A stretch of DNA of 64,000 nucleotides from Fistulifera solaris (Eukaryota). This document shows positions 34,215-47,113 of this stretch, piece after piece. Made by a program: the position numbers and the translations under genes. Location of the stretch: NCBI GenBank assembly GCA_030295235.1, contig AP026123.1:1798001-1862000 (forward strand), in the 5' to 3' direction. The notes beneath the pieces were generated by a model. The model was not told where the DNA came from. It ran no database searches and saw only the letters and a program-made list of their open reading frames with translations. Every line of letters begins with the position of its first letter. Position 1 is the stretch's first letter.

Positions 34215-34980
34215 ATGCATTCGACTTGTTCCTTTCTTTTCCTCATCGTCTCTACTACTCTCTTGTTCGTAACAGCGTCCGGACAAGACGAAGCCTGCGG
34301 CGCCATTGCGTACGGCTGCGGCGCCCACGGACGATGCCGTCTCGACACGCAATCCTGCGGCAGCAACTGCACGGAACGCTGCATTTGCAGTGACGGCTTT
34401 GATGGGGACGATTGTTCGATACGATTAGATATTTGTCCCGATACGGTCAGTCCCGACGGGGCCCGTTCGTGTTTGCACGGTGGCAAGTGTCAACAGAAAG
34501 ATGGCGGGGAATGGACGTGCGATTGCTCGAGTGCCAAAAAGGGAGGAAAAAATGTACGCGGGGCATCAATGCGAATTTGCGGCGCAAGTCTCGTGTGAAA
34601 TTGGGAAAGTCGATTCGGTGCACGCGTTCTGTACGAATGGAGGTACTTGCAACCGCATGGTGGAGTCCGGGGAACATCATCCGTTGTGCGATTGCGACGC
34701 CAATTGGGAAGGACGGCACTGTCAGTATGCCAAAGGCAGTCGTCCGGTGGAAGAACCAGTTTATGCCATTCCGGGGCCGCCCGCGAAAGAAGGTATTTCC
34801 GGTGGTGCCATTTTTGGGATTGTGGTGGTGTGCTTGATTGTCAGTGTGACCGGTGCGTTGTACTGGATGCGGTCCAAAGGTTCGTTCAAATCGAACATTA
34901 AAATGCCGAGCGATTATGATGCAAAGCCGGAACCCAACATCAAGGAAGAAGTGGTCGAAGCGTCCTCGGAATTCATATAA
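34215..34980 (+). CDS. EGF-like repeat single-pass membrane protein (frameshift in A6 at 34547-34552)
   Basis: Signal peptide, three EGF-like Cys patterns (CICSDGFDGDDC, CLHGGKC, CTNGGTC...CDCDANWEGRHC), TM GAIFGIVVVCLIVSVTGALYW. Confidence 0.8.
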
Positions 34981-35180
34981 GTACCTGGCAACGATGCGGA
35001 AGCTGGCTGAGACAAAGCAAGTTCTTAGATAACTCACAATTACATACAACACATGGATACCTGGTATGTGGTTACTGAAGCTCTATTATTAGTTGTTTTC
35101 TAGCATATTGTGGCATTCTGTGTGAAGAGGGTGTACCGTGGCAGTGTTTCTATAGCAAGGCGGACGCATCACTGTACTCT

Positions 35181-36610
35181 TCAAGATGAACTATTCGTCC
35201 ATTTTTCGTCCCGTTCGTCTAACAGAGAGTTGATGCGCACTTCAATCTGTTTTCCTTTGGTACGAATATCAAACGTAGCCACGCCGGTCGGTTGTTTGAC
35301 GGTCCCCACCAACTTTCCCACTACGGGAGGATACGGACACCATTCCCCACGCACCTCACCAGATTTCAGTGCGAAGGCTGTTCGATGCAAAGGACACACA
35401 ATGCAATCTTCTAAGCCGTCTTGTTGCAGTATTGCACTCACTTCTGTTTCTGTTAGTGTCGGACGACGACTGGAATCTACTTTGTCGACAGCTCCTTCCA
35501 CGGGAAGACGAACGATTTTGCCGGTTTCCAGAGGCGTTCCGAGGTGAGAACATGAATTGGCGATGCAGTATAGTTTTCGCCCATCTTTTGAGGCAATAAC
35601 GAGAAGGTCAATGCCACCAATCGTTGCAGGGACGATTTCTCCCGGTGAAAGGCGCGTTTTGGGAAAAACAGGAACCCATTGTTCTTGACTGCCGCTTCTG
35701 CTGTTATCAAAGAATGCACCTCCAAAGAAGCGCTGAACCGAACTGAAAACACTAGTAATGTTCTTGTCTGAGTCTTCCTTTTTTATTTTGGATGTATCAT
35801 CGTCCTTGGCAAAGAAACCGCTGACGAAATTTCGATTTGATGTTCCCTCCTTCTTTCCCTCGTTTTGTTGTTGTTTATTTGCCTTTGCTTCCTTTCTATC
35901 AGTTTGACTTGAAGCGGTATCATCGCCGGCAAATAATCCACCGACAAGACTCCGTACCGGAAATGATTTCGATTCAGATGGTGTTCCTTCCTTCTTTTCT
36001 TCCTTTTGTTGTTGTTTGCTTGGCTTTGCTTCCTTCTTATCAGTTTGACTCGAAGCAGTATCATCACCAGCAAACAAACCACTGACAAAACTTCGCACCG
36101 GAAAAGATTTTGACTCAGCTCCTACCTCTTTCTGGGGTTGCTTCTGATCTTTTCCCTGTCGTTTCTTCTTCTCCTCCTTCTTTTCTTTGGACGATGATTT
36201 ATCTTTGCTTGGTTTCATTTGAGCCTTCGTTTCCGATGGTTGCTTCTTCTTCTTTTCTTCCGACTTTTCCCGTCTGAAGAACGTTTTTCTGTTGGCGAAG
36301 AGGACTTTTCCGAATCCGTGTCTTTATTCCTTCGAAGAAAATTGAAGGACCATCCATTGCTTTCCTTCTTTTGCTTTTCAACGAGAGTCTCTTTCTCGGA
36401 TGAAGAAGGAAAGAACTTTTGAACTAAACTTGGTTTTTCAGAGCTATCATCACGAAGAGTTTGAGACTCTTTCGCTGACAAAGAGTTCGCTGATGATGGC
36501 AGTACGCGAGAAGGACGATTCACCGATACGAATGCACCTGTGGAGGTCAGAACCATCGTCAAAACACAGCAAACCCGTTTCAATTGTCGTTTCATCCTGT
36601 TCGTCTTCAT
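35181..36610 (-). CDS. Plastid-targeted Rieske [2Fe-2S] protein with low-complexity repeated N-terminus (frameshift ~36268)
   Basis: TGA-FVS targeting motif; Rieske boxes CSHLG and CPLH; GEWCPYPP. Confidence 0.75.
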
Positions 36611-36976
36611 GTGTCCACTTCCTTCTGCATCCTTCTTGCAGTCTTCTTGGATCGATGGTGATCTTCGCTCTAAATTATTGTGAATTGCAACAATGTTGCT
36701 TGCGTATCAATGAATAATTTTCTGCAGACGCAGATCTAGGTCGGGACTGCCAAAAAATGACGTAGGCTGACGGGGTCGCGAGTCAGTCGCGAGTGGCGTG
36801 GAACGGATTGTCGGACAGACAGCCCCACGCGAATGAAATCGCAAGTCCCGGTTCTCGGTTGAGGTACGTCAGATACCGTAATAGCAACACATCTCACAGG
36901 AGTTCCACTAACTTATCTGTCTTTTAACTATCAATACTATAAAAAAGTCATAATGTGAACAGAAGCACTATGATTG

Positions 36977-38104
36977 TTAATCCGCGTTCTGCATCCAGGA
37001 AGACGGGACGGAGCGTACCAGTAACTGCACCGATTCTTTCGGTCGCAAGCCGGCAATGGGGTATTCTCCAAAATACTTGGCAATTAAGCTTTGCCATTTT
37101 GAATGTACGAGAAACTCGTTCAATATAACTTGATTTACCTTCCCAAAGTGACAGGCTTGTTGAAAACACTCTTCGAATAGAGGCACTCGCCGTTGGTTGG
37201 GCAGGTACCGGAAGACTTGCAAAAACGCACTGTAATAGTGTGAAATCAGCACCTGGTCTTTGAGATTCGACCACAACTGCACCGCACCATCGATCGTCGT
37301 TTCGTTGGGAGACGCCGCACACAATCGCAATACCGTCAAATACACCGTATCATTCAGTTCGACGCGTTCATCGTGTCGCAACTGAAACAACAATTCCAAT
37401 GCCCGCTGCGCTTTATTCTCATCGGTACATTCCTTCCAGGCATAGAAGACACACATCCAATGAAATCCGTGAGGCTTGAATTGCACGTGTCCCTTCGTTT
37501 CGTACAATTGCTGTAAATGCCACACGGTTTGCAGGGCCCGTTCCGAGATGCGGGCCGGTCCGGCCGTCCGAGAATCCAAATGCAAGACCGTACGATACGT
37601 GTCTCGGTCGGGGGTCGGCCAAAGACACGGTCGACGATCTTGGTGGGGATATTGTTCAAACAATTGCATCGCCTCCAATATCGCGTGCGCACGATCGGAT
37701 CGGTCGGGATGGGGAAACACCCGATCATTTGTGGTTAGTGTAAATAAGTGGTGCAACATCGCATTGCACCGATCGGTGGTAACGTGATCGTACGATAAGG
37801 GTCGTTTGTGTAAATACAGTTCTTGTAATAGCTGCAACAGATGCCGACTCTGCCTGTCGAGTATATGGTCATCATCGAGCGGACGGATCCATGAATCCGT
37901 AGTGTCCCAAGGACTTTGAAAAGTGATGGGTGATCCCAGAAAATCCTTTACAATGGAAGAAAATGGTCGAGCGGAGGGTGTGTAGAGCAGGCGGCGTTTT
38001 GTGAGAGGACGACGAGAACCATTCCGTTGCCATGTTTTGAATAGTATATTGTTGTGATGATACCATCGACTTGAAACTCTTGATAATCCTAACTCCTTTA
38101 TCAT
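36977..38104 (-). CDS. PPR-like helical-repeat protein, probably mitochondrial
   Basis: Presequence-like N-terminus; PDRDTYRTVL, AQRALELLFQL, LNDTVYLTVLRLCA, FEECFQQAC..GKVN. Confidence 0.55.
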   Translation of the reverse strand: MIKELGLSRVSSRWYHHNNILFKTWQRNGSRRPLTKRRLLYTPSARPFSSIVKDFLGSPITFQSPWDTTDSWIRPLDDDHILDRQSRHLLQLLQELYLHKRPLSYDHVTTDRCNAMLHHLFTLTTNDRVFPHPDRSDRAHAILEAMQLFEQYPHQDRRPCLWPTPDRDTYRTVLHLDSRTAGPARISERALQTVWHLQQLYETKGHVQFKPHGFHWMCVFYAWKECTDENKAQRALELLFQLRHDERVELNDTVYLTVLRLCAASPNETTIDGAVQLWSNLKDQVLISHYYSAFLQVFRYLPNQRRVPLFEECFQQACHFGKVNQVILNEFLVHSKWQSLIAKYFGEYPIAGLRPKESVQLLVRSVPSSWMQNAD

Positions 38105-38474
38105 CGTCGACGAATAGAGGAAAGAGGAGACTAGACTATTCGCAGTATAAAAATGAGAAACGAAAGAAAGAGAAAGAAAGGCACGAAGATGATGGACAGC
38201 AAACTTTTTGTCGTCTTCGTTGGTGCTGAATAAGAATCCAATGTATGGGGACAATAAGGTTAATGTTAAAACATGTATTGTATACAATCGTACCGGTAAT
38301 AAATCCTCTTTCAAACTTAGCTGCAAAACTACCTCTAAACGTGTTGATGAAAACATTATGCGGACGAGAAAAATGGCCAAGTGAAATCTAATGGCGACGA
38401 TTAACGAAAACAGTTTTATGAGACGAGTGGAGGAGTTAGGTCAAAAGAAGAATCGACGCCCATTCATATAGCCC

Positions 38475-39287
38475 ATGACAGATACTTCGTCTCGAAAAAT
38501 GCGCCGCATTGCCTTGTACGGCTTATCTGCCGATCCTCCAACGGGACACGGAGGCCATGTCGGCATCGTGCAAGCTCTCGTCGACTCCAAGTTTGATGAA
38601 GTGCACATTTTGCCCGTGTATCGACATACGTATCCAGTACGTTCCTTTTTCTTGTCTTGCCTTGTTCTAGTATTCTGCTCATTCTCGCTAAATGCAGGAC
38701 AAACGGCAGCGACTAGTGTCTTTTGAACATCGATGGAATATGTGTCAACTAGCGTTTGCGGATCTTTCACCCAAAGTGGTCGTGTCGGATGCCGAATACC
38801 AATCATGGCGGCGCGCCGTAGCAGGATTGTAAGTCCTTGTTTGTCGCTGTATTCAAACTGCACGGTACTCTCACCGTGCGTTAGATCCGAAGAACAAGCC
38901 TCTCAAGTTTCTGTGGGAACCGCCGCCTTGATGGAATATTATCAGTCCCTTGATAACAACTCGTCTGCCGAATACTACTTTTGTTTAGGAGCGGACGCTT
39001 TTTTGGATTTGTTAGCGGGGAAATGGAAAGAAAGTCAACGCGTGCTGGACTTGTTGCAGGGACGTTTCGTGGTCTTTCATCGACATTCCGCGGATATTGC
39101 CATGTTACAAGACAAAGTTCAGCAAATGCCGGGGGCGCAATTGCTAGAGGTAGAATCACTCACGGATGTTTCGAGTAGTCAGGTACGGCAATGTTCGGAT
39201 GAAAGCAAGCTCTCGCAGATGGTTACACCGTCAGTTTTAGACTACATCAAGGAGCACAAATTGTATCAATTCGATGACACTCGATGA
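38475..39287 (+). CDS. Nicotinate/nicotinamide-nucleotide adenylyltransferase (NadD-like), 3 exons
   Basis: IALYGLSADPPTGHGGH, FEHRWNMCQLAF, FCLGADAF.DL..GKWK, VSSSQVR, VLDYIKEHKLY; introns ~38637-38697 and ~38829-38884. Confidence 0.8.
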
Positions 39288-39435
39288 CGTCAATTGGTAA
39301 CCAATCACGGTCATTGTTCGATTAAGTGCAAATAATAAGAAAATTTTACTAGCTATCCACATTCTAACTTTCTTCTTTCGGTAGTTAAATCAATTTACTT
39401 GCTACGTTAGTGCTGTTGCTGGTCAAAATACCTGC

Positions 39436-42400
39436 TTACATGCCCATACCGGGCATCATACCGGGTTGCATGTGAGGCATGCCACCATTCGGCATACCTC
39501 CCATCATCTGTGGTTGCGCCTGGGCGAACCCACTCATGTCTAGACCACCACCTCCCATCGGAGGCATAAAACTGGGACCGCCATTCTCCAACATCAAAAC
39601 ACCCGAACCGAATCCACCGAGCTGTCCGTACGTAGCAGCAATGGTATCTTGAGCATTTCCTGCTTCCGCCGGAGGGGCGGTACGTTCCTCGAGAGCCTTA
39701 AGGCGCATATGCGTTCTTCGGAAAGTCTGAATGACGAACGGCATGACGAAGTTCTGATAACCATTAATCCAGGCAAGTTCAAGTGCGACATCGGGCGAAA
39801 TGTGAGTGAAGCAAGTGTAAAGCGCTGCACAAAAGCATTCTTTCTCGGATGTTTCGCAGAAGAATCGAAGAAGGCCTTCAATGATTTCAGCGTCGGCAGA
39901 TTCATCCGCTGTGTCGATGCAGTCCTTGTACATGCGGTCGTGTTTCGACAACTCAATCGACTGACTGTACTTCTTGTTACGTCGATATACGTAGGCGGAG
40001 ATACGACGGAACTCGAGCAACTCGTGAGTGGAAAGTTTGGAAGCAAGCGCGATCATGTTAAAGTTGTTGAAACTATCAATAGATTTTCTCAAACTAGTGT
40101 AGTCCTCATCTTCGACGTAAAGCTGAAAACAAGTAAATGTGAGTCGTTCTGTGCCTGCCGAGTTCGTCATTAACAAAACAAAATAGCAAACCTACCTCGT
40201 TCAGTGCTTCGTTGACGGCCGTCAAGTTGTATTTCTGTACAGCCTTCAAGTAGGATTGACCCAATTGTAGCGCCCAGTCACCTGTGCGTCGCAATTGGCT
40301 AACAACTCGAGAGTGATCAGCAGTTTCCTCAAGCACTTCCATCAAGCGGGTGAACAGCAAAGGGTGGTAGGTAAGATAATGGCCAACAGCTTTGTAAATG
40401 AGTTCTGCGTTGCGGACTTTGGTGACTGAATCCAAAAAGAGATCGTTTTCCCAAGCGTTAGCACGCTCCATCATCGTTTTCACAGCGTTATCATATTGCT
40501 TATCCTGCATGTAAAGATAGACAGTTGGCTTGAACAAACGCGCCCGCTCGCAGGCACGAACAACCTTCGAAACGTTGAGCTTGCTGAAGAAGACCTTGCA
40601 ATGGTCCATGACTTTTTCAGGAACATGCTTCGTGTACAAGACACCCAATTCTGTGAAGATTCCGATGTGTGCATCCTCCAGACCGATACCTTGCTCGAAA
40701 AGAGACACAAGATGCGTGAAATGTCCAAGATCAGAGTAGTAAGTAACAACATCGTCAACATGGTCAGGGTATTTGATAACCTCTAGACCACAAGTGGCAG
40801 ACAATCTGAACTCGTCTGCACGCAAACACGCAAAACAGACGGCTTTCCAAGTCGACACATTGTTCGCCTTCTTAGCAGCATCAACGGCTTCTCTGTACTC
40901 TTCGAGTTGAATATGACAAAGAGCCAACTTGGAGTTATTGTTGATGTTGATGTAGAGGATCTTTGCGGCATGGTAGAGACTCTCGGAGAAGCAACGGTCG
41001 CCAATCGTTTGGATGTTTGCCACGTTCGGACCATTGACAAACTTTTCCATCTCGGTCAAGTTGTTTGTTCGAGCGTAAGAATAAATGAGTTCAGTATCAA
41101 TGAGATTCTCTTGCATAGTCTTGCGCGCCATGATGAGGAATGGAATGAGCTCGGTCCAGATTTCTGCTTCATTCGCCTCAGTACAGACCATGACGTATTC
41201 ACTGGGATCTTGGGCATTAATAAAGCTCTCAATTGCGTCAGCGGCATGTTTTCCTTCGAGCTGCGCTTTTCCAAGCTTCGACCAAACCGGTTTCTCTTCG
41301 CACTGGACGGCGTATGTTTTACCGCGATCAAGATCTTTCAAGTAGTCCACCAACACTCCCATAGCAAGAACTTGCATTTCAACCTGTTCATCCTTGTCTT
41401 GTGTGAATTCCGGCTTGGCAAACTTAACGTAGATATTGAAACCTTCTTCATAAAGCATGTGTTGCTCGGACACACAGATAAGCGCAATGTCCTTGGCATC
41501 AAAGTTGTCGAGCTGATCAATGTATCCCCCGACACGAGAGGTATCGGCTCGGATGGCAGTAAGAATGAGAAGATTTTGTAAGTTCTTGTTGTCCGAGAAG
41601 TCCGAACCTTGCAGAACAATGCGCTCGAGGAGATTGATAAGTTCAGCTGGCAAATCGGCGGCCATGAAAGCCTTGACTGTGCAAGAAACTTCATCCGCAT
41701 TGGTGCTCTCTGGAAGAGCCCATTCGACAACTTGATCGATAAGTTGGCGACGTTGGGGGTCTTCTTCGTCCTCTTGCCTTCCTCTTTGTTGAGAACCTTA
41801 CCCCAAAGCGTAAGGTCTTGGCGCTCAACGAGGTACTTGGCAAGGTCACGGTACAGTCCGTGGTCGTGGCATACTTTGATCAACTGATCATCACATTCAC
41901 CGGCTCCCTTCTTGTAAGCAATAAAGGCCAAAGAGGGATCCAGCGATTCGCAGTACGGACCCAAGACTTTCGGATCGTAAAACATATTGTTCAGCAAGAA
42001 CGATTTCGGATCGCGATTGAGAGTGATGTAGATCTTTCCAAGAGCGTTGTGCGTTCCAGGCTCGGTGCTTCCGGTCGCAACACGGGCTTCGAGCCATGGT
42101 TGAAGTAAGCGAAGACGATTGCGAGTCTCGGCCATCTCGACGAGTTCGTCGACGGGGCATGCGGTGCCGACTGCCATGAGGAGGCGCTTAATGAAATCTT
42201 CGTTTGCACCAAGGTCGAAAAGCTTTCCGATAACCATCGGTGTCTTGCCCGGAGAGACTTTCGTAACGTAGACCTCGATGTATTGCAAAAGGCTGTTGAG
42301 GTACAAGTACTCCGTGAGCTCATCGACGAAATCATGACGGTCGCACACATGGATCAACGGACGCGGATCCGGCAATTTGGCATTCTTGAGGTATTCCTTG

Positions 42401-44987
42401 ACTTCTTCCGCATTGTAAATGTTGGAGTCGCGACACACACGCTCAGCTTCCTTGAATTGTCCAAGCATACAAGAAGCCTGGATGTATTTGAAGTGGACAA
42501 AGGGATCCTCCGAGATGTTGACAACTGCACCAAGGTAGTAGTAAAGACCTTCCGTGGCGCGGTTCTGTTCAAAGACTTGAACCAAATCGCCGGCTCCGAG
42601 TTCTTCGTGGTACTTTTTGGCCACTTCCACGCACACTTGCATGTTCTGAGGACCACGACCCATCATGTCCTTGAGGAGAGAAACACTTTGTTCACGGTTC
42701 AAGTTGCCAAAGTAGCTCACAACGAATTCGGGGCTCATCTGGTGACTGTTCTTGAAGACACGCTTTATGTCCGAAATCTCGGTGTAATGCTCCGCCGCGC
42801 GTTGCCACATGCCCGCTTTCTCGCAAAGCTTTCCAATGTGGGGTCGGTCGTAATGCGTCAACAGACCCTGCTGCATGATGGCATCCGCGACTTGTGGTGC
42901 ACCACCAATCAAGTTGATTTCGAGCAACTTGGTCTGCAAGTACGCATGCTCCGGCTTGTTGTCCTTGAGTGCTTCCAACAAGAACGCCGTCGTCTCCTGA
43001 ATGCGGTTACTGCTCAAAAAGGCTTCCGCCGTTGCCTGAATATCAATGAGCGGACCACCTTCCGCGTTGACCAATCCCTTGGCCAAGTCAAGCGCACCCT
43101 GAGGGTTGTTGAACAGCAACTGGTTCAACATGGACGAGTAGTCCATGGTGAACCCCACGCTCGACGCGTAGGGGACAATCTTGTCGTACTCCCCGCGCTG
43201 GACGAAGCAATGAATGGCTTTCGCGTGACAGTTCGCCCGCAAGAACACCGACAACGCCATGCCGGCATCATACGGCATGATCAAATCACCCAAGGTTTCC
43301 GAAGCCTGAAGTTTGTCTTCCTTGAGCCATTTTTCCATGAGCGGCAATCGGTTCTGTTGCAAAACCGGGCGGGCCACCTCGATGGATTCTTGTTCGTTCA
43401 ATTTACCGGTTTCGAGCAAAATCGAAAAGTACTGCAAGAGCGGAGGCACTTGTCCGGGCTGGACGGGGATCTGCTGGAATCGTGCAATGGTCGCCGGAGT
43501 CCGCAACGCGCTGCCCGAACCGGCCACCACGCGGGCGGCTTCTGGCACATTGCCCTGGGCCATAAGGCGCTCAAACTCGGCGGCGAAGAGGTTTTCGGCA
43601 CCGGGCAAATTCAAGCGACCGGCGAGTTGGAGAGCGAGGGCATTGTCCCGCAAAGTGTTCAAAATGTAGGGCACCAGAGCTTGTCCGTTGAGCTGCAAGC
43701 GGAAAACATCACCCTTGCGGACTGTGATACCAAAGACGGCACCCGAGGAATCCTGCGAACAGGTGGTGAAGACGACATCTTGCGTGACCTTGGCACGGTA
43801 CACGGTCTTTCCGCTGTGAATGTCGAACATAAAGAGGTATCCACTCTTGGTCAGCATGAACGCCAACTCATCCTTCTGATCGATCGACATACTGACGGGA
43901 AAGTCATTGGCGGCATCCGGTGGAAGAGGAATGTCGGCCGGTGTAATACCAAAGGCGGGGCCTTTGGCGGGGTCTCGACCAATCTCTCGTACAAACAGCT
44001 TGGGCGGTTCTCCAGTGGGCTTCTTTTCGTGAAACACAATCACTTGGGCCTCTTCACGTCCGGGAAGCTTGAGTGTGGCAAAGGCCGCCGCGTGACCCGT
44101 CAAAGGCTGGGAGACTTTCTTGTCGACGTTGTACAATTGCATGTTCCCATTGACGACGCCCCCGGCTCCGGCGCTGATCCCACCGAGCAAGCACCACTTG
44201 CCATCGGGAGAGACGCGGTAGTTGATGATCTGCACCCCTCCACCCAAGCTTTGGTGGCGATCAAAGACCTTGACCGGCGGGGACTGTCCCTCTAGTGACC
44301 AGTGGTACACCGACGTCGCGGTGACCAAGCCAATGTTGGTCGAACTGGTCCATTTCCAGTAGACGATGGGTTCCGGGAAGACGTGCGCTTTCATCTTGGC
44401 TTTTTGATCAATGTTGAAGATTTGCAAGTTATTCTGCGATCGAAGAGCGAGAATATTTTGCGAGGGGTTCATGAGAGCCGCCTCGGCGGCCATCGGCCTC
44501 CTCGTGACTTGCGCTCCGTTTAACAAGTCTACCATCACCAGGTTGTTGGGCTCCACGCTGATGATCCATCGATCGGATTCCATCGTCGTAAGACCATGTT
44601 TGATGCTCGCTTCCGGGACGCCGAGTTGTTGAAGCTGTTAAAGAAGAAAAAGGAAGAGCGTTAGTACAAATCATGCATTTGTGACGATCCGGAGGCAATC
44701 CAATCGGGCCGTTACAGCAAGCCAATGCGAATGACTACCGCGGCGGCAGTTGAGTCTTTTGAAAAAGTTCATCGTCTCCGACCTCCCATCGATCATCGAA
44801 ACGAGAGAATATAGAGCTCTTTGCAATAAATTTCTATCGAGAAGATGCAATGCACTACAATCTCGCGGATGCAGTGAACCGTTGAGGAGGTACGGACACG
44901 GCCGTAGTTGCTCTACGGGGCAAAAAAAGATCGCACAGACGAACTTACGTTTAGCACATTGCTAAAGGTGAGCGGAACGGCTGCCAT
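39436..44987 (-). CDS. CHC: Clathrin heavy chain, 3 exons (introns 44635-44948, 40123-40195), 1-nt frameshift ~41775
   Basis: MESDRWI, RRPMAAEAALMNP, LLQYFSILLE, KWLKEDKL, DPRPLIHVCDR, NLQNLLILTAI, HELLEFRRISA. Confidence 0.97.
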
Positions 44988-45693
44988 CGCTTAATCTTTT
45001 GTAAATCAATCCTCAAAAGACGTCAATCTATCTTTTATTGCTTGTATGTTACAACCGATTGACTCTTTGTTATTCATCTGCGTTGTTGTTGCAGGTAGGG
45101 CGGCGTGTGCTGCAGTTGGATGAAAATCTTCGGCGTTCGCCCTCCATCGCAGCCTTTGGTACGAGTGGAAAAAGATTGTACAGTACTTTATCGTTCATAC
45201 TTCGAGTGTGAAACGCACGCACCGCACGTTCGCCTTGGCTATCCGTTGCGTTGCCGCGAACGAATGACTGTAGAATGACTACATACGGGTCTACTTATCG
45301 GTTGATTGTAAGTTGTAAGGGAAGACTCCGATTACCGGATGCAATAATTCGAAAACGTCTTATTGTGACGTCATGGAAGGAATATTGAAACGGGCGGCGG
45401 ACAGAGCAAGTGCGAAACTCCACCCTCCGCAAACACTCCAAAAGCTCCATAAAGAAAAAGTTGATGTTCGACGTTAGCCCATCACCCATCATCCAGCATT
45501 CATGTCATCTCAGACTCAGCATAACCTGATCATTCTCGACCTTCACCATCAGTAAAGCAGAAAGGAAGAAGGTCAATACATCGAAGGACCCCCAGGAATA
45601 TCCAAAGATCTGTATAGCATAGGTCCAGAGCCTACCGCAATCGGCCACTCGACAGTTGTTCTTCATTTCAGTTCCACTGGTTCCTTGACAACA

Positions 45694-47051
45694 ATGAAGT
45701 CGCGACAAATACTGCATTTACTGGTTATAACCGCAAGGCTGGCCTCTGTACTCGCGTTTACAATCGGCGGGAAACAAATATCACGGTCCTATCGCCACAG
45801 CATAAAGTCTCTTCCTCAGGATGAAGAACCAGAGACAATCATAAACAATGGCAAATTATTCGAAGAACTCGATTCCCAATTTGATTACAGCGGCCGACTC
45901 AAAGGATCCGATTTCACCGATTACCGTTGTGGGTTCATTAGTATCATTGGGGCACCCAATATGGGGAAAAAGTACTCTACTGAATGCGTTGCTCCAAGAA
46001 GATTTGTGCATCACGACGGCCCGGCCCCAAACGACCCGACACGCCATTTTGGGATTGTTGACGACCGAGTCGTGTCAAGTCTGTTTGGTCGACACACCGG
46101 GTGTCATTGCGACTCCTTCCTACAAGCTACAAGAGGGAATGATGGAGGCCGTCTTGGGGGCGTTTCGAGATGCCGACGTGTTGTTGGTGGTCACGGATCT
46201 GTTCAGTACGCCCATACCCGACGACGAATTGTTTGCCAAAGTGCGGCGTAGTGGGAAACCAACCATTGTTGTGATTAATAAAATTGACCTGGCTTCGGCG
46301 GTCAACGTGACAGCTCCGGAGAATCAGGACAAATCGGTCACGGTTGAACAGGCGGTGGCCATCTGGCGGCAACTGTTGCCCGACGCTTTGGCGATTCTGC
46401 CGTGTTCGGCTAGTCATGGTCCCAATGATCCCGGTGTCGTGGCTCTTCGTCGTTTACTGGTAGGAGGACCGGGTGTTCCAGAGTCATTGCGAGAATTGGG
46501 CAGACCCGTGCCCGGAATGTATGCGAAACCGGATGTACGATTCCTTACCGATGAGGAAGCGAAAGCGCTATTGCCGCAAAGTCCACCTTTGTATGATCAA
46601 GAAGCATTGACCGATCGCACGGAACGATTTATTGCCTCGGAAATAATACGATCATCTCTCTTTGAATGTCTGAACAAGGAACTTCCCTATTGTTGCGAAG
46701 TTCAAATAGAAGAGTTCAAAGAACCTCGTGATGTGGGAACTTCCAAACCAGTGACACGGATTGCTGCGTCGGTGATTGTGGAACGAGACAGTCAAAAATT
46801 GATCGTCATAGGAAAGAAAGGCGAAAAGATAAAAGAAGTGGGAACAAAGGCACGGGCCAAAATCGAGAAGTTTCTGGATACATCGGTATGTACTATGAGT
46901 TCGCCCATCCAGCGCAGTAACGGGATCCATCCTTGCATCTTCTAACACCATAACAACAAAATAACAGGTCTATTTGAATTTGAACGTGAAAGTAAGCAAA
47001 GATTGGCGGAAGGATGAAGATAAATTAAAGCTTTACGGTTACATAAACTAA
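45694..47051 (+). CDS. Era-family GTPase, plastid-targeted, 2 exons (intron 46886-46967), frameshift in A5 at 45967-45971
   Basis: VLA-F targeting motif; GAPNMGKSTL, PQTTR, DTPG, NKID, KH-domain ERDSQKLIVIGKKGEKIK, LNVKVSKDW. Confidence 0.9.
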
Positions 47052-47113
47052 CAACCCACATAGTGCAGACTTGCAAACGTGATAGTTCTTTACTTTACAC
47101 ACTCGTGTTAGCT

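Noticed and set aside
42283..44295. Long antisense ORFs (670 aa here; 464 aa at 25259-26653; 495 aa at 54403-55890)
   Set aside because: Shadow ORFs opposite codon-biased conserved genes (clathrin, ATP1, alpha-COP) with no recognisable domains.
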